From contig JBBSGA010000001.1 in the NCBI GenBank assembly GCA_038254585.1, positions 37 through 64,036 on the forward strand: a stretch of 64,000 bases of DNA, read 5' to 3'. The notes below the pieces were generated by a model. It searched no databases, was not told where the DNA came from, and worked only from the letters and a program-made list of their open reading frames with translations. Each line of letters opens with the position of its first letter. Position 1 is the stretch's first letter. The translations under genes and the position numbers were made by a program. This DNA comes from Chloroflexales bacterium. Its GTDB lineage: Bacteria > Chloroflexota > Chloroflexia > Chloroflexales > Kallotenuaceae. Shown one piece after another: positions 9,048 through 19,305 of the stretch.

Positions 9048-12000
9048 ATGGAGCAGTTCTCGAGCATACCTATCACAAGTGTGGCCGGAGGTCTCTCGGT
9101 GCTCGTCGCGGGCGTGGTAGGGGCGTTCGCGATGCTGAGCTGGCGCAGCCCACTCCTGTTCAAGCTCAGCACCCGTAACATTGCCCGCCGGCGCCTCCGC
9201 GCCGCGCTGATCACCGTCGGTCTCATGCTCTCCACCAGCGTTGTGGGCAGTGCATTTGTCTCGGGCGACACGATGACGCACACGCTCCAGTCGTTGGTAG
9301 CGGGCAGCCTGGGCAGCGTGGACGAAGTTATCCTGCTCGATCCACCTCGCTCCCGCTTCTTCGGAGCAATCCGGACGATCGCCGAGCCCGGCATCGGCGC
9401 GCTCGCCGGCGCCAATTTGAGCTTCTTTGCCGAGAGCGAGATCGACGGCGTCCACGATGCCGCTCGTAGTGGGGGGCCGATCGCGGGCATCGTCCCGGCC
9501 ATCGTCGACCAGGTCACCGTCGTGGACGCGGGCAGCCAGCAGCTGCAGTCGGCGGTCTCGTTACTCGCGGTCCCGGGGGCCTATCCCGCGGCCTTTGGCC
9601 CGCTCACAACCACCGCCGGCGCGCCGATCGCACTCGAGGCGCTTGGACCGGACGAGGTGCTTGTAAATGCGGCCGCCGCCGAAGCATTCCATGCCGCCGC
9701 GGGGGAGCGGCTTGCGATCCTGCGCTCGGGCCAGACCTGGAACGTTCGTGTCCGCGCCGTTTCCGGGAACGGCGGCCTGGCGGGAATGGAGCCGCTGCTG
9801 ATCGTCCCGCTCGCGCACTACCAGCACTTCCTCCACCAGGATGGCCAGGTCAACCAGATCATCGTCGCCAACCAGGGTGGATCCAAGAGCGTGGAGCGAT
9901 CGGAGGAGGCAGCGCAGCTGCTGCGCTCCCGGCTGGCCGACCGTTCCGCCGCCCAGCAGCTGCACAAGCTCTTGGCGGCTCCTGAGATCCAGCGTGGACT
10001 GCTGGAGGCCGGGCGTACCCTCAGCCCGGCCGACCGGCAGCGCCTCGCTGCGCTCAGGACGGAGGCGGTCCGGCCGGAGATGACCGATCGCTTCATCAGC
10101 CTGGTCGCCGACCCCCGCGTGCGCCGCCGCCTCTTCTTCCTCGCGGCACGTCTCCCGGCCGGGCCACAGCACATGAATGCCGCCGGGCTGCTCCAGCGCC
10201 TCACGCGACTGTCGGTCCTCGATCTCAAGCAGCAGGCGCTGGAGCAGGCCGCCGGCTATGGCGCGGTCATCACGACCGTCTTTCTCGTGCTGGGCATCTT
10301 CTCGATCGCCGCCGCGACGCTCCTGATCTTTCTGATCTTCTCGCTTCTCGCCGCCGATCGGGGATCAGAGCTGGCGACGATGCGCGCGCTTGGGATGCGG
10401 CGGCGCCAGATCATGAGCATGTTCCTGCTCGAAGGCCTGGTCTACGATCTGGTGGGCGCCGCCCTCGGAACGGCGGCGAGTCTTGGCGCCGGCTACCTGA
10501 TCGTCGTCTCGCTTGGGCGGGCGATCGAGCCCTTCGGCGTGAAGCTCGATCCGCATGTCGAGCCACGCAGCCTGCTGATCGCCTTCACGGCAGGAGTACT
10601 GCTGAGCTTGGCGGCGATGCTCCCGGGAGCCTGGCGCGTCAGCCGCCTCGCGATCGTCGCCGCCACGCGGGGCGAGGCGGTCGGCGAAAGCCGGGTGGCC
10701 TCATTTGTCTTCGGGACGCTCCTGCTGGCCGGCGCCGCGGTCGTCTGGTGGAGGTGGCGCGTCCCGGAAGCGGCCTACCAGCCGCGCCATCCATTGATCG
10801 TTCCGGCTACCCTCTCGCTGGTCCTGCTCGGCCTGATCTTCTGCTGCCTGCCGCTCGCGCGCCGCTTGGTATCACGACCGGCCCTCGCCGGCTCGGCTGC
10901 CCCTGCGGCGCTGGCAGGTCTGCTGCTCGCGGCCATCTGGGTTGGCACGCTCGCGCACCTTCCTACTCCGGCCGGGGAAACACGAGCCGACTCGGTGACG
11001 CTGGCAGCTGCCGGACTCGTCCTCGTGCTCGCGGCAGTCTGGAGCGCGACACATGGCCTTGCGCCGCTGCTCGAGCCGCTCGATCGTGCTCTATCGCCGC
11101 TCCCGCGCCTTCGCGCCGTAGTGCGCCCGGCGGCGCGCTACCTTGGGCAGCAGCGGTGGCGGACAGGTCTGACACTTGCCATGTTCGGCACGATCATCTT
11201 TATCATGGTCGTAGCGCTGACCTTGATCAACGTCATTCTGAACGCGTATGCGGGCGGCGAAGCGCCGGTCGCAGGATACGATCTGCGTGCAGACCAGACG
11301 GCCGGCACTACGGCCGTGCGTGATATGGAGGCGGCCCTCGCTTCCACGCCCGCGGTGTCGCGGGCAGCGTTCAGCGCGATCGGCAGCGTCGCATCGGAGG
11401 ATATACAGATCGTTCCGCTCGGCCTTCCGGTGGCCCGCTGGGAGGCCGGGACACTGGCGATTGTCGACGACGGATTCCTCGTCGGAATCCGCGCCGGCAT
11501 GGAGCGCCTGGCGCCGGGCTACTCCCGAGCTGAGAGCAGCTGGGCTGCCGTGCGGGCGCACCCCGGTACGGCGGTCGTGACCGCGCGCATGTTTCACTCT
11601 ATCATGCCCAGCGCTAGCTCCACGGCCGGTACCCCGCTCGCGCCGCTCTCGATCTGGATCCGTCCGAACACCGGAGGCAAGCCAATCAAGCTGGTGGTCA
11701 TCGGCGTCGTCGACGCCCGTTCGGAGTTGGACGAAGGCATCTACGCGTCACGTGCCGGCATCTCCGGCCTCGGCATACCGCCCACTGCGCCATCTGCCTT
11801 CTTCTTTGCCGTGCGTCCGGGCATCCGTGTACAGGATGCGGCCGAGGGGCTACGTGTCTCGCTTGGGACGCGCGGCCTGACCATCGTAAGCCTGGGCGAC
11901 GCCCAACGCATCGTCAGCTCGGTGCGCCTGCTGCTTACCCGACTTGTACAAAGCTTCATGGGACTTGGACTGCTCGCGGGCATTGCCGCGCTGGGCCTGC

Positions 12001-12332
12001 TGGGCGTGCAGGCAGTTCTTGAGCGCCGGCAGCAGCTTGGGACCCTGCGCGCGATCGGGTTTACAGGCGGCCAGCTGCGCGCCGTGCTCGCCATCGAAGC
12101 GGCCGCTATCGCCGCGGTCGGGATTGCCCTGGGCATCGCGCTCGGCCTGCTGCTCGCGCGTAGTCTCGTCGCAGTTCTCGCTGCCACCTATCCCGAAGTT
12201 CATAATGCCGTTCCCTGGCATGAGATTGCGATCACGGCCTCCACTGCCTGGGCCGGCTCGACCATCGCCATCTCTGTCGCCGCGTGGAATGCTGGGCGCG
12301 TCTCCCCTGCAGATGCCCTGCGGGTCGTCTAG
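9048..12332 (+). CDS. ABC transporter permease with two FtsX-like domains and large extracytoplasmic regions
   Basis: About 1094 aa. Two blocks with the FtsX pattern (RELATMRALGMRRRQI and QLGTLRAIGFTGGQL), each followed by TM helices. ATG 9048 lies 4 nt after the ATPase stop. Confidence 0.85.
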   Translation: MEQFSSIPITSVAGGLSVLVAGVVGAFAMLSWRSPLLFKLSTRNIARRRLRAALITVGLMLSTSVVGSAFVSGDTMTHTLQSLVAGSLGSVDEVILLDPPRSRFFGAIRTIAEPGIGALAGANLSFFAESEIDGVHDAARSGGPIAGIVPAIVDQVTVVDAGSQQLQSAVSLLAVPGAYPAAFGPLTTTAGAPIALEALGPDEVLVNAAAAEAFHAAAGERLAILRSGQTWNVRVRAVSGNGGLAGMEPLLIVPLAHYQHFLHQDGQVNQIIVANQGGSKSVERSEEAAQLLRSRLADRSAAQQLHKLLAAPEIQRGLLEAGRTLSPADRQRLAALRTEAVRPEMTDRFISLVADPRVRRRLFFLAARLPAGPQHMNAAGLLQRLTRLSVLDLKQQALEQAAGYGAVITTVFLVLGIFSIAAATLLIFLIFSLLAADRGSELATMRALGMRRRQIMSMFLLEGLVYDLVGAALGTAASLGAGYLIVVSLGRAIEPFGVKLDPHVEPRSLLIAFTAGVLLSLAAMLPGAWRVSRLAIVAATRGEAVGESRVASFVFGTLLLAGAAVVWWRWRVPEAAYQPRHPLIVPATLSLVLLGLIFCCLPLARRLVSRPALAGSAAPAALAGLLLAAIWVGTLAHLPTPAGETRADSVTLAAAGLVLVLAAVWSATHGLAPLLEPLDRALSPLPRLRAVVRPAARYLGQQRWRTGLTLAMFGTIIFIMVVALTLINVILNAYAGGEAPVAGYDLRADQTAGTTAVRDMEAALASTPAVSRAAFSAIGSVASEDIQIVPLGLPVARWEAGTLAIVDDGFLVGIRAGMERLAPGYSRAESSWAAVRAHPGTAVVTARMFHSIMPSASSTAGTPLAPLSIWIRPNTGGKPIKLVVIGVVDARSELDEGIYASRAGISGLGIPPTAPSAFFFAVRPGIRVQDAAEGLRVSLGTRGLTIVSLGDAQRIVSSVRLLLTRLVQSFMGLGLLAGIAALGLLGVQAVLERRQQLGTLRAIGFTGGQLRAVLAIEAAAIAAVGIALGIALGLLLARSLVAVLAATYPEVHNAVPWHEIAITASTAWAGSTIAISVAAWNAGRVSPADALRVV

Positions 12333-12428
12333 CGTAGGAGGCCATGGTGGTATCCTGGTACGCCCAGGCGAGCCTGAGCTAAGATCGATCATCGGAGATC
12401 GACCGTCGACAAACAGAGCGTACAGGGG

Positions 12429-13477
12429 GTGGCTGTGCTTCGCATCGTGCAGGTAGGAATGGGGGGCTGGGGACAGGACTGGGCCCGGACGATCGTCAAG
12501 CCCGAGACCGAGGTCGAGTTGGCGGCATGCGTCGACATGAACGCCGCAGCGCTGGCCGCGGCCCGCAAGACCCTCCGCATCCCCGAGGAGTGTTGTTTCA
12601 GCGCGCTGGCTCCTGCCTTGGCAGCGGTCGAGCCGGACGCCGTGCTGATCACGGCGAATCTACCGGCCCACGTACCGCTTGCGCTCGAGGCGCTGGACGC
12701 CGGCAAGCCCGTCCTGCTCGAAAAGCCATTCGCGCCGACCATGGCCGAGGCGCACCAAGTTGTCGATCGTGCGGCCGGACGCGGGGTGGTGCTGATGATC
12801 AGCCAGAACTACCGCTTCTTTCCGGCCGTGCAGGCGGTCGCCGCCATCATACGCGAGGGCACACTCGGCGAAGTAGGAAGCGTCAGCCTCGACTTCCGGC
12901 GCTATGCCAATCGAGCCGCGCGGGAGGGCCACCGCCACTATACGATCCGGCAGCCGCTGCTGATGGATATGGCGATCCATCACTTCGACCTGATGCGCTA
13001 TGTGATCGGCCGGGAGCCCACGGCGATCGCGTGCCACGCGTTCAATCCGCCCTGGAGCAATTTCACGGAGCCCGCGGCGGCGATGGCCACGATCGCCTTC
13101 GACGGCGACGTGTCCGTCAGCTACCGCGGGAGCTGGGTCAGCCCGGGGCCACCGACGCCGTGGGCCGGCGAGTGGCATATGGAGTGCGCCGGGGGGAGAT
13201 TACGTGGACGAGCCGCGCAGATACCGGCACGGATGCCGATCGCGTTACCGTCCGGCCGCTCGGCAAGCGGCCACGACGGATCGAGCTGCCGCCAATGCCC
13301 CATTACGACCGCGCCGGCAGTCTCAGGGCTTTCGTTCATGCAGTCGAGGGCGGCACGGAGCCGGAGAGCTCAGGCCGCGATAACCTCGGCAGCGTGGCGC
13401 TTATGCACGCTGCGGTCGAGTCGGCTACTTCGGGTACTCCTGTGCCTGTGGTGGGGAAGCGAGCGACCCGGGCATGA
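12429..13477 (+). pseudogene. Gfo/Idh/MocA-family oxidoreductase, frameshifted in a G6 run (13191-13196)
   Basis: The N-terminal Rossmann part (VQVGMGGWG, EKP motif LLEKPFA) reads in the frame of 12429. The natural C-terminus (GEITWTSRAD...SGTPVPV, stop at 13475-13477) is in the frame of ORF 12527-13477. One extra G would restore ...WHMECAGGEITW... Confidence 0.8.
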
Positions 13478-13502
13478 CACGCGGCTAGCGATCAGAGCTG
13501 CG

Positions 13503-14582
13503 TCAAGGCTTGCCGTCGGTCCACATCGCCAGCCGCTTCAGCGCGTCGACCTGCTCGCGGTGTCCGATCTTCGCGCGCTCCACGGCATTATGCAAAGTCC
13601 GGATGTTGCGATCGTAGGTCTCGCGGTCGACGGGGTAGGGGTGGCGGTCTTTGCCGCCGTGCGCGAAGGCGAAGCGCGCCGGGTCCTGGATGCTGACCGG
13701 CGCGCCGTAGACCAGCTCTCCCACGAGACTCAGTGCTCGCAGCGTGCGCGCGCCCACCCCCTCCATGCCGAGGAGCATGGCGAAGTCCTCCGGCTGGCGC
13801 TCGTAGGTCTTCAGCAGGATACGGTGCAGCCGTTTCGGGTCGACGTCGGCGCCCTGGACGTCGTGGTGCCCCGGCAGCGTCAGCTCGCGCAGCTTCGTGA
13901 TCTCGGCGACGACCTTCTCGGGCTGTTCGCGCGCCAGTCCCGCCGTGACGTCGCGCGCCGCGGCGCTCTCATGCGCCACCAGATTCCACACGTCGCCGGT
14001 CGCCTCGGCGGCAATCGCAGTGTGTGGGTCGTCCACGAAGCTATGGACGTCGTCGCCGAGCCAATGATACCGTCGCGCGTAGCCGTTGGCGTCGTTCATG
14101 CCCTGCTGTACAACCGCCCAGTGACCATCGCGATCGAGCAGGAAAACGTGGTGGTAGATCTGGTAGCCGTCCTGGAGTGCATTGTTGTCGACCTTGGCCG
14201 CCAGCCGGCTGGCCTGGACGAAAGGCACAGGATCGAGTCCGAGCCACGCGCCGGCTGCTTCGAGCTCGGCCGGCGTCTGCCGCGAAGTGCGGCCCTTGCC
14301 GCCGGCCACGACCAGGCCAAGCTCGCGCTGCCGCCCCTGCAGACCCTGCTTGAGCGCCCCGCAGACGGTCGTCGTCACGCCGCTGGAATGCCAGTCCATG
14401 CCGATCACCGCTCCGAAGGCCTGGAACCAGACGGGGTCCGAGAGACGCCGGAAGAGCTCGGAGGTGCCCTGCTCGACGACGATCAAGCTCGCGATCTCGG
14501 CCGAGAGCTTGACCATGCGCTCGAAGAGCCAGCGCGGAGCATGGCCCGGGTGCAGGGGAAGATTGGCAGTGCCGCTACGCAT
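13503..14582 (-). CDS. DUF763 domain-containing protein
   Basis: N-terminus ANLPLHPGHAPRWLFERMVKL and the MDWHSSGVTT pattern match my recollection of the DUF763 family. 359 aa. Confidence 0.75.
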   Translation of the reverse strand: MRSGTANLPLHPGHAPRWLFERMVKLSAEIASLIVVEQGTSELFRRLSDPVWFQAFGAVIGMDWHSSGVTTTVCGALKQGLQGRQRELGLVVAGGKGRTSRQTPAELEAAGAWLGLDPVPFVQASRLAAKVDNNALQDGYQIYHHVFLLDRDGHWAVVQQGMNDANGYARRYHWLGDDVHSFVDDPHTAIAAEATGDVWNLVAHESAAARDVTAGLAREQPEKVVAEITKLRELTLPGHHDVQGADVDPKRLHRILLKTYERQPEDFAMLLGMEGVGARTLRALSLVGELVYGAPVSIQDPARFAFAHGGKDRHPYPVDRETYDRNIRTLHNAVERAKIGHREQVDALKRLAMWTDGKP

Positions 14583-14641
14583 AGACCATCTCCTGCGACC
14601 TCAATACGTCGATCCACGTGGAGATATTGTACCGAATGCGA

Positions 14642-14821
14642 TCACGTTCCCTCGATTTCCGGGTTGCTGTCGATCCGCTCGAGGGTCGCTTCGACGTTTT
14701 CGAGCGGCTCTCGGCCCGCCGGCTGCGCGTCGATCATCGCCGTGAGCTCATCGCGCAGTCTGCGCTGCTCTTCGGGCGACAACAGTTGTGCCTGCCCGAG
14801 CAGGGTTGCATAATCGGCCAT
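14642..14821 (-). CDS. Small hypothetical protein (59 aa) with addiction-module-antitoxin-like N-terminal pattern
   Basis: GAGGAG SD about 13 nt upstream of ATG 14821. LLGQAQLLSPEEQRRLRDEL resembles the Unstab_antitox/TIGR02574 pattern. No toxin partner is seen. Confidence 0.4.
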   Translation of the reverse strand: MADYATLLGQAQLLSPEEQRRLRDELTAMIDAQPAGREPLENVEATLERIDSNPEIEGT

Positions 14822-14989
14822 AGGGGGTGTTCGCTCCTCTCTGCTAGCTCGCGATAGTATGTCTCGCCGCTGAACACCGGGATCGTCGCGACAAACAGTC
14901 GATAGCACGTGGATGATCGGACCTTGCCGGCGGGGAGTAGGTGAGAGTGCCCTACATTGCCCGCAGAGTCCTGAGGAGACGCGCCTGGC

Positions 14990-15547
14990 CTACTCGTCGC
15001 GGAAGAGCTCGCCGACCGGGCAGCTGAAGCCGGACAGCACATCCGGCGCGTCGAGCGTATCGCCAGCGGCCAGCGAGCGCGCGAGACCGTCCGGAGTGTG
15101 GACGACGACCTCCTCCGTGCGCGGGTAGATCACCCAGACCAACGGAGTGCCGGAGGCGAGGTAATCACGCACCTTTTCACGCACCTCTTCAGCGGTCTCA
15201 CTCGGCGAGATCACCTCGACCGCTAGGTCGGGCGAGATTTCCCAGAACCCTTCCGGGATGCCGCCGACCGGCAGACGCGTTTGGCGGACGTAGAAGACAT
15301 CTGGACCTCGTACCGTATCCGGGTTCCGGCCGAGCACAAAGCCGGACTCAACCCCGACGACGCCACGCGGCCCACTCCGCGCCCACAGGCGCAGCAGCCC
15401 ACACAGAATTGCTGCGATCACCCCATGGCGGCCACCCGGCGGCATAGTTTCCAGGACCTCCCCACGCACCAAAGCGCGCTGCATATGGGTGCCGGGCAGC
15501 CGCCAGTAGTCGGCGACCGTGAGCAACTGCTGGCCGATGGAGATCAT
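14990..15547 (-). CDS. Uma2-family (DUF820) putative endonuclease
   Basis: 185 aa. The pattern ...PDLAVEVISPSE...KVRDYLASGTPLVWVI... is typical of PD-(D/E)xK Uma2 proteins. Confidence 0.8.
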   Translation of the reverse strand: MISIGQQLLTVADYWRLPGTHMQRALVRGEVLETMPPGGRHGVIAAILCGLLRLWARSGPRGVVGVESGFVLGRNPDTVRGPDVFYVRQTRLPVGGIPEGFWEISPDLAVEVISPSETAEEVREKVRDYLASGTPLVWVIYPRTEEVVVHTPDGLARSLAAGDTLDAPDVLSGFSCPVGELFRDE

Positions 15548-15677
15548 CCTGGTTCCTCCGTCGTGCCATCACGCACAGCATTCCACGATCGCGCTATCAT
15601 AGCACCGGATGTCCAGCATCGGCAACGTAGCGCAGCGGCCGACAGGGCCTTGCCGCGCGGTCGGCTACGAGGCAGGC

Positions 15678-17090
15678 TCACGGGGCGCCCTTGGCCGCCT
15701 GGCCTGTGCGCGAGCGGAGGAAGGCTACCAGTGCGTTGAGCTCGTCCGGCGTGAGGTTGCCGGCGAAGGCCGGCATGTTCCGCCTACCGTTGAGGATCGA
15801 GATCGTTATGTAGTCCTGCGTAAGCCGGTCTCCGACGTGGGTGAGATCGGGACCGCGGGCGCCGCCCTGTCCCGCGTACGCATGGCAGTACTCGCAGCCC
15901 TTGGAATGGAAGAGCTGAGCGCCCTCTTGAATCTGCGCGCTCGGCGCGCTGACGGCCTGAAGCGACAACGGCTGCGCGGCGAACGCGGGCGACCAGGGCG
16001 CGCGCACGCCCTTGATCCAGAGCGAGCCGATCATGAGCACGGCCAGGATCACGACGCCGACCGCCCATGGGCGGCGCCGGAAACTGCGCTCGCCCTTGTT
16101 GAAGAAGAACGGCAGACTGATCAGCAGGACGCCCAGGATCAGCGGGCCAAGCACGATCACGTAATCCTCGGCGCCCGGCGGCAGCAGCGCCAGCGCGGCG
16201 AAGAACCACAGGAAATACCAGTCGGGCCGCGGGTAGGCCTCGACGTTGCTCGGATCGGGCGCTTTGCCGAGGTGCGGGGGGCCGACAAAGATCGCCAGGA
16301 GGAAGATCACGGCGATCATGCCGAAGCCAAAGACCACGTCGCGCCAGGCCGAATCGGGCCAGAAGGGCACGCCGTGGCGCTGCACGTAGTCGTGATACCA
16401 CGCGCGGTAGGTCTTGGGATCGACGGGCCGGCCCGGCTCGGGCGGCTCGGAGATGCCATGGTAGAGCACCAGCAAGAGGTGCAGCCCGACCACGGCGAAG
16501 ATGATTGCCGGGATGAAGAAGACGTGAAAGGCGAAGAAGCGGCTCAGCGTCGCGCCGCCGATCTGGTCGCCCGCGATGATGAAATGCGCGATGCCGGTGC
16601 CGGCGAACGGCACGCGGGACGCCTGCGCGGCCGCGACGAAGACCGACCAGACGGCGATGTCGTCCCAGCGCAGGAGCTGGCCGGTAAAGCCCATCGCCAC
16701 GGTAACGCCGAGCAGCAGCACGCCGCTCAGCCAGTTCAGCTCGCGCGGGAATTTGTAGGCGCCGAACAGGAAGACCTGCGCCATGTGGATCCCGACCATC
16801 AGGATCATCGCCGACGCGCCGTAGAAATGCAGGCCGCGCAGGAGGTAGCCGAACGGATCGTTGGTGATGAACTTCAGGCTGTCGTAGGCCTCGCCCGAGG
16901 CAGTGACGTATGCCGTGGCGAGCGCAATCCCCGTGACGACCTGCAGGATAAAAGCGAAGAGCGTGGCGCTGCCGAAGACGTAGGCCCAGCCCGACCCGGC
17001 AGGCACGGGGTGCTCTGCGACGGGCACGATCAGCTTGGAAAACCCGCTGCGGTCGTCGAACCACTGCCAGGCGCGTTTCAACACTCCCAT
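15678..17090 (-). CDS. Cytochrome bc-complex cytochrome b fused to a C-terminal mono-haem cytochrome c domain
   Basis: Cytochrome b N- and C-terminal halves (multi-TM with conserved His) followed by a CEYCH haem-c motif. ATG 17090 is preceded by GAGGAG, 13 nt after the Rieske stop. Confidence 0.9.
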   Translation of the reverse strand: MGVLKRAWQWFDDRSGFSKLIVPVAEHPVPAGSGWAYVFGSATLFAFILQVVTGIALATAYVTASGEAYDSLKFITNDPFGYLLRGLHFYGASAMILMVGIHMAQVFLFGAYKFPRELNWLSGVLLLGVTVAMGFTGQLLRWDDIAVWSVFVAAAQASRVPFAGTGIAHFIIAGDQIGGATLSRFFAFHVFFIPAIIFAVVGLHLLLVLYHGISEPPEPGRPVDPKTYRAWYHDYVQRHGVPFWPDSAWRDVVFGFGMIAVIFLLAIFVGPPHLGKAPDPSNVEAYPRPDWYFLWFFAALALLPPGAEDYVIVLGPLILGVLLISLPFFFNKGERSFRRRPWAVGVVILAVLMIGSLWIKGVRAPWSPAFAAQPLSLQAVSAPSAQIQEGAQLFHSKGCEYCHAYAGQGGARGPDLTHVGDRLTQDYITISILNGRRNMPAFAGNLTPDELNALVAFLRSRTGQAAKGAP

Positions 17091-17103
17091 CGACGCGGCT
17101 CCT

Positions 17104-17640
17104 CTACACTTGTTTGCCCGAGACCGGGATGGCCAGCACCTCGACCTGCCCACCGCGCACACGCACGGAGTACCGCGTCAGGGGGCGGGGCGGCGGGCCA
17201 GCGGCCACTTTGCCATCCTGGTAGAAGACGCCCCCGTGGCAGGGGCACATGAAGAGGTTGGCATCGGACAGCCAGCGCACGGGGCATCCCAGATGCGTGC
17301 AATTCACCGAGAAGCAGACGAAATCCTGCTGGGTCTCGCGGCGCAGCCAGGCAGCCGCCCTGGCGGTAACCCCGGCCCAGGGGAGCGGCGAGGGATCGCG
17401 CAGCGTGATCTGCACGGTCTCGCCGACCTTGAAGTTGTCGACGGGGCCGACCGGCTGCCACTGGGCGGGAACCTTGCGCAGCAGCGGCGCCACGAGAAAG
17501 CCGACGATCGGCACGCCTACGGCCACGCCCAGGACGCCGCTCAGACCCAGGCTGAGCCGCTCCAGGAACTGGCGCCGGCTGAGCAGGCGCGCGTTCGTTT
17601 GATCGCCGGCCGGCGCGGCATGCGTGGTCTCAGTGTCCAT
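17104..17640 (-). CDS. Rieske [2Fe-2S] subunit of the bc complex, Tat signal
   Basis: SRRQFLERL twin-arginine motif. Rieske boxes CTHLGCPVRW and CPCHGGVF. Confidence 0.9.
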   Translation of the reverse strand: MDTETTHAAPAGDQTNARLLSRRQFLERLSLGLSGVLGVAVGVPIVGFLVAPLLRKVPAQWQPVGPVDNFKVGETVQITLRDPSPLPWAGVTARAAAWLRRETQQDFVCFSVNCTHLGCPVRWLSDANLFMCPCHGGVFYQDGKVAAGPPPRPLTRYSVRVRGGQVEVLAIPVSGKQV

Positions 17641-17917
17641 GCAAGAGTTCTCCGATCCACCCTCCGAGGGCTACTACCAATAAGAGCAGGCCCGCGGCCG
17701 AGATGAGCATCGAACTGATGAGGCCCCAGGCGAGAAAGGTGACACCGAGCGCAAGCACGGCGGGCCAGTAGGTGGGCCGCGGTACGGTGACGTGCTCCAG
17801 GCGCTGCCAACCCGGTTTCGTCTCGGCTTGGGCGGCCGGGGGTCGCTGATCCGCCGCCGGGTAGACTGCGGCCGTGCGCTGAGTGGTGTCTCTTCTTGAC
17901 ATGCTGCGGCCTTTCAC
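17630..17917 (-). CDS. Small two-TM membrane protein inside the cox/bc cluster (possible accessory subunit)
   Basis: C-terminal half YWPAVLALGVTFLAWGLISSMLISAAGLLLLVVALGGWIG forms two hydrophobic helices. Overlaps ctaG (4 nt) and Rieske (11 nt). An alternative ATG exists at 17902. Confidence 0.5.
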   Translation of the reverse strand: MKGRSMSRRDTTQRTAAVYPAADQRPPAAQAETKPGWQRLEHVTVPRPTYWPAVLALGVTFLAWGLISSMLISAAGLLLLVVALGGWIGELLHGH

Positions 17918-18738
17918 TTCCTACCTTGATACGCCAGGAATGCCGGCAGAGCATCCTCGTCCGGCTCGCCATACCAGCGCGCGAGCGTCGCGATGATCGC
18001 GCCGAGATAGACCAACCCGCCGCCCACCCACATCAAAATGCCGCCGGTCTGCTGGTCGACCGCCGGGGAAAAGCCCCAGCCGTCGCGTAGGAGCGGTAGG
18101 ATGCCCAGCCTGTCGCCCGGCCGGAGATAGAGGGGATAGAGGCCGGGCGACACAAAGGTCAGGATGATGCCCAGGATGGTGCTGGCGGCGGCGGCGGCGA
18201 AGAGATAGAGCGCCGCGGCGACCGGCGTAAGCCGCGCTTCGCCCACCGGCGCGACGAGCGGCCACCAGAAGGTGGCCGCCGACCCCAGGAAGCACAGATG
18301 CTCGACGACGTGGATACCTGCATGGGCTAAGGCGGCATTGTACAGGGCCGGGAGGTGCCAGAGCCACATCGTCCCGACTCCCAGGGACCAGGCTAGGAGC
18401 GGTTGTGCAAGCACGCACTCAACCCGCCGCACGGGCGGCCGGCGCAGGGCCCGCCGGACCGGTTCCCTGGGGATGCCCAGCAGCAGCAGCGGCGGCACGA
18501 TCAGCAAGAGCAGGAGGTGCTGCAGCATGTGCGCGCTGAACAGGTAAGCGTCGCCCAGCGTGTCGATGGGCGATACCAGGGCGAGCAGCAGCACGCCCAC
18601 GCCCGCGCCGAACCACGCCACGTCCTTTGAACAACGGAACCCGGCGGCCACCAGGTCGGCCGCCAGCAGGGCCGCGCAGCCGAGCAGCACCGAGGGCTCC
18701 CAGTTCCAGGCCGAGACCAGCAGCCGCCAGGTCGTCAT
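17914..18738 (-). CDS. ctaG: Cytochrome c oxidase assembly factor CtaG (caa3/Bacillus type)
   Basis: Multi-TM protein with an HMLQHLLLLLIVPPLLLLG motif. ATG 18738 overlaps the ctaE stop (ATGA). The rest of ORF 17914-19128 is an out-of-context extension. Confidence 0.8.
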   Translation of the reverse strand: MTTWRLLVSAWNWEPSVLLGCAALLAADLVAAGFRCSKDVAWFGAGVGVLLLALVSPIDTLGDAYLFSAHMLQHLLLLLIVPPLLLLGIPREPVRRALRRPPVRRVECVLAQPLLAWSLGVGTMWLWHLPALYNAALAHAGIHVVEHLCFLGSAATFWWPLVAPVGEARLTPVAAALYLFAAAAASTILGIILTFVSPGLYPLYLRPGDRLGILPLLRDGWGFSPAVDQQTGGILMWVGGGLVYLGAIIATLARWYGEPDEDALPAFLAYQGRK

Positions 18739-19289
18739 AGCAACGGCCAGAGATAGATGATCGCGAAAATGACGATCCACACCACGTCGACAAAGTGCCA
18801 GTAGATCCCGACCGTCTCCACCGCGACCGCGTGCGGGCCGCGAAACACGCCCGCCAGCGCCAGGCCCGAGAGGATCGCGAGCGCGACGAGGCCTGAAAAG
18901 ACGTGCAGCCCGTGGAACCCCGTCAGCGTGAAGAAGGTCGTGCCAAAGAGATTGCGGCTGACCGTCACGTTCGCGGCGATCAGGCGGAGGTACTCCCGGC
19001 CCTGCCCGATCAGAAAGATCGCGCCGAGCGCGAAGGTCGCGATCAGCCACAGCCGCACGCCGGGCTGGTTCTGCCGCGCGATGTTTTGCTCCGCCAGCCA
19101 CAGCGTGCCGCTGCTGGCGATCAGGCAAAGGGTAAAGATGCCGGCGGTCAGCGGTGCCAGGCTGGTGGCCGCGCTGGGGCCGTTCGCAGGCCCGGCGTTG
19201 AAGTAGATATAGGCCAAGATCAGCGCGCCGAAGAAGAAGACCTCCGACGCCAGGAAGACGATCATGCCCAGCTTGGTTTTCTCCATCAT
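18735..19289 (-). CDS. ctaE: Cytochrome c oxidase subunit III
   Basis: MMEKTKLGMIVFLASEVFFFGALI... and the FHGLHV / YWHFVD motifs. GGGAGGA SD upstream of ATG 19289. Confidence 0.9.
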   Translation of the reverse strand: MMEKTKLGMIVFLASEVFFFGALILAYIYFNAGPANGPSAATSLAPLTAGIFTLCLIASSGTLWLAEQNIARQNQPGVRLWLIATFALGAIFLIGQGREYLRLIAANVTVSRNLFGTTFFTLTGFHGLHVFSGLVALAILSGLALAGVFRGPHAVAVETVGIYWHFVDVVWIVIFAIIYLWPLL

Positions 19290-19305
19290 GCGATCATCCT
19301 CCCGG

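Noticed and set aside
12429-14813. 794-aa ORF, the longest '+' ORF in this region
   Set aside because: Only the first ~256 codons look like a real protein (Gfo/Idh/MocA). After the G6 frameshift the ORF simply runs antisense through the DUF763 gene (13503-14582), giving R/A/L-rich low-complexity text. This is a typical high-GC shadow ORF.
15609-17252. 547-aa '+' ORF and 426-aa '-' ORF (15784-17064) overlapping the cytochrome b gene
   Set aside because: Both are extremely R/D/E/G-rich with no motifs. The third frame (15678-17090, minus) encodes an unmistakable cytochrome b-c fusion. They are shadow ORFs.
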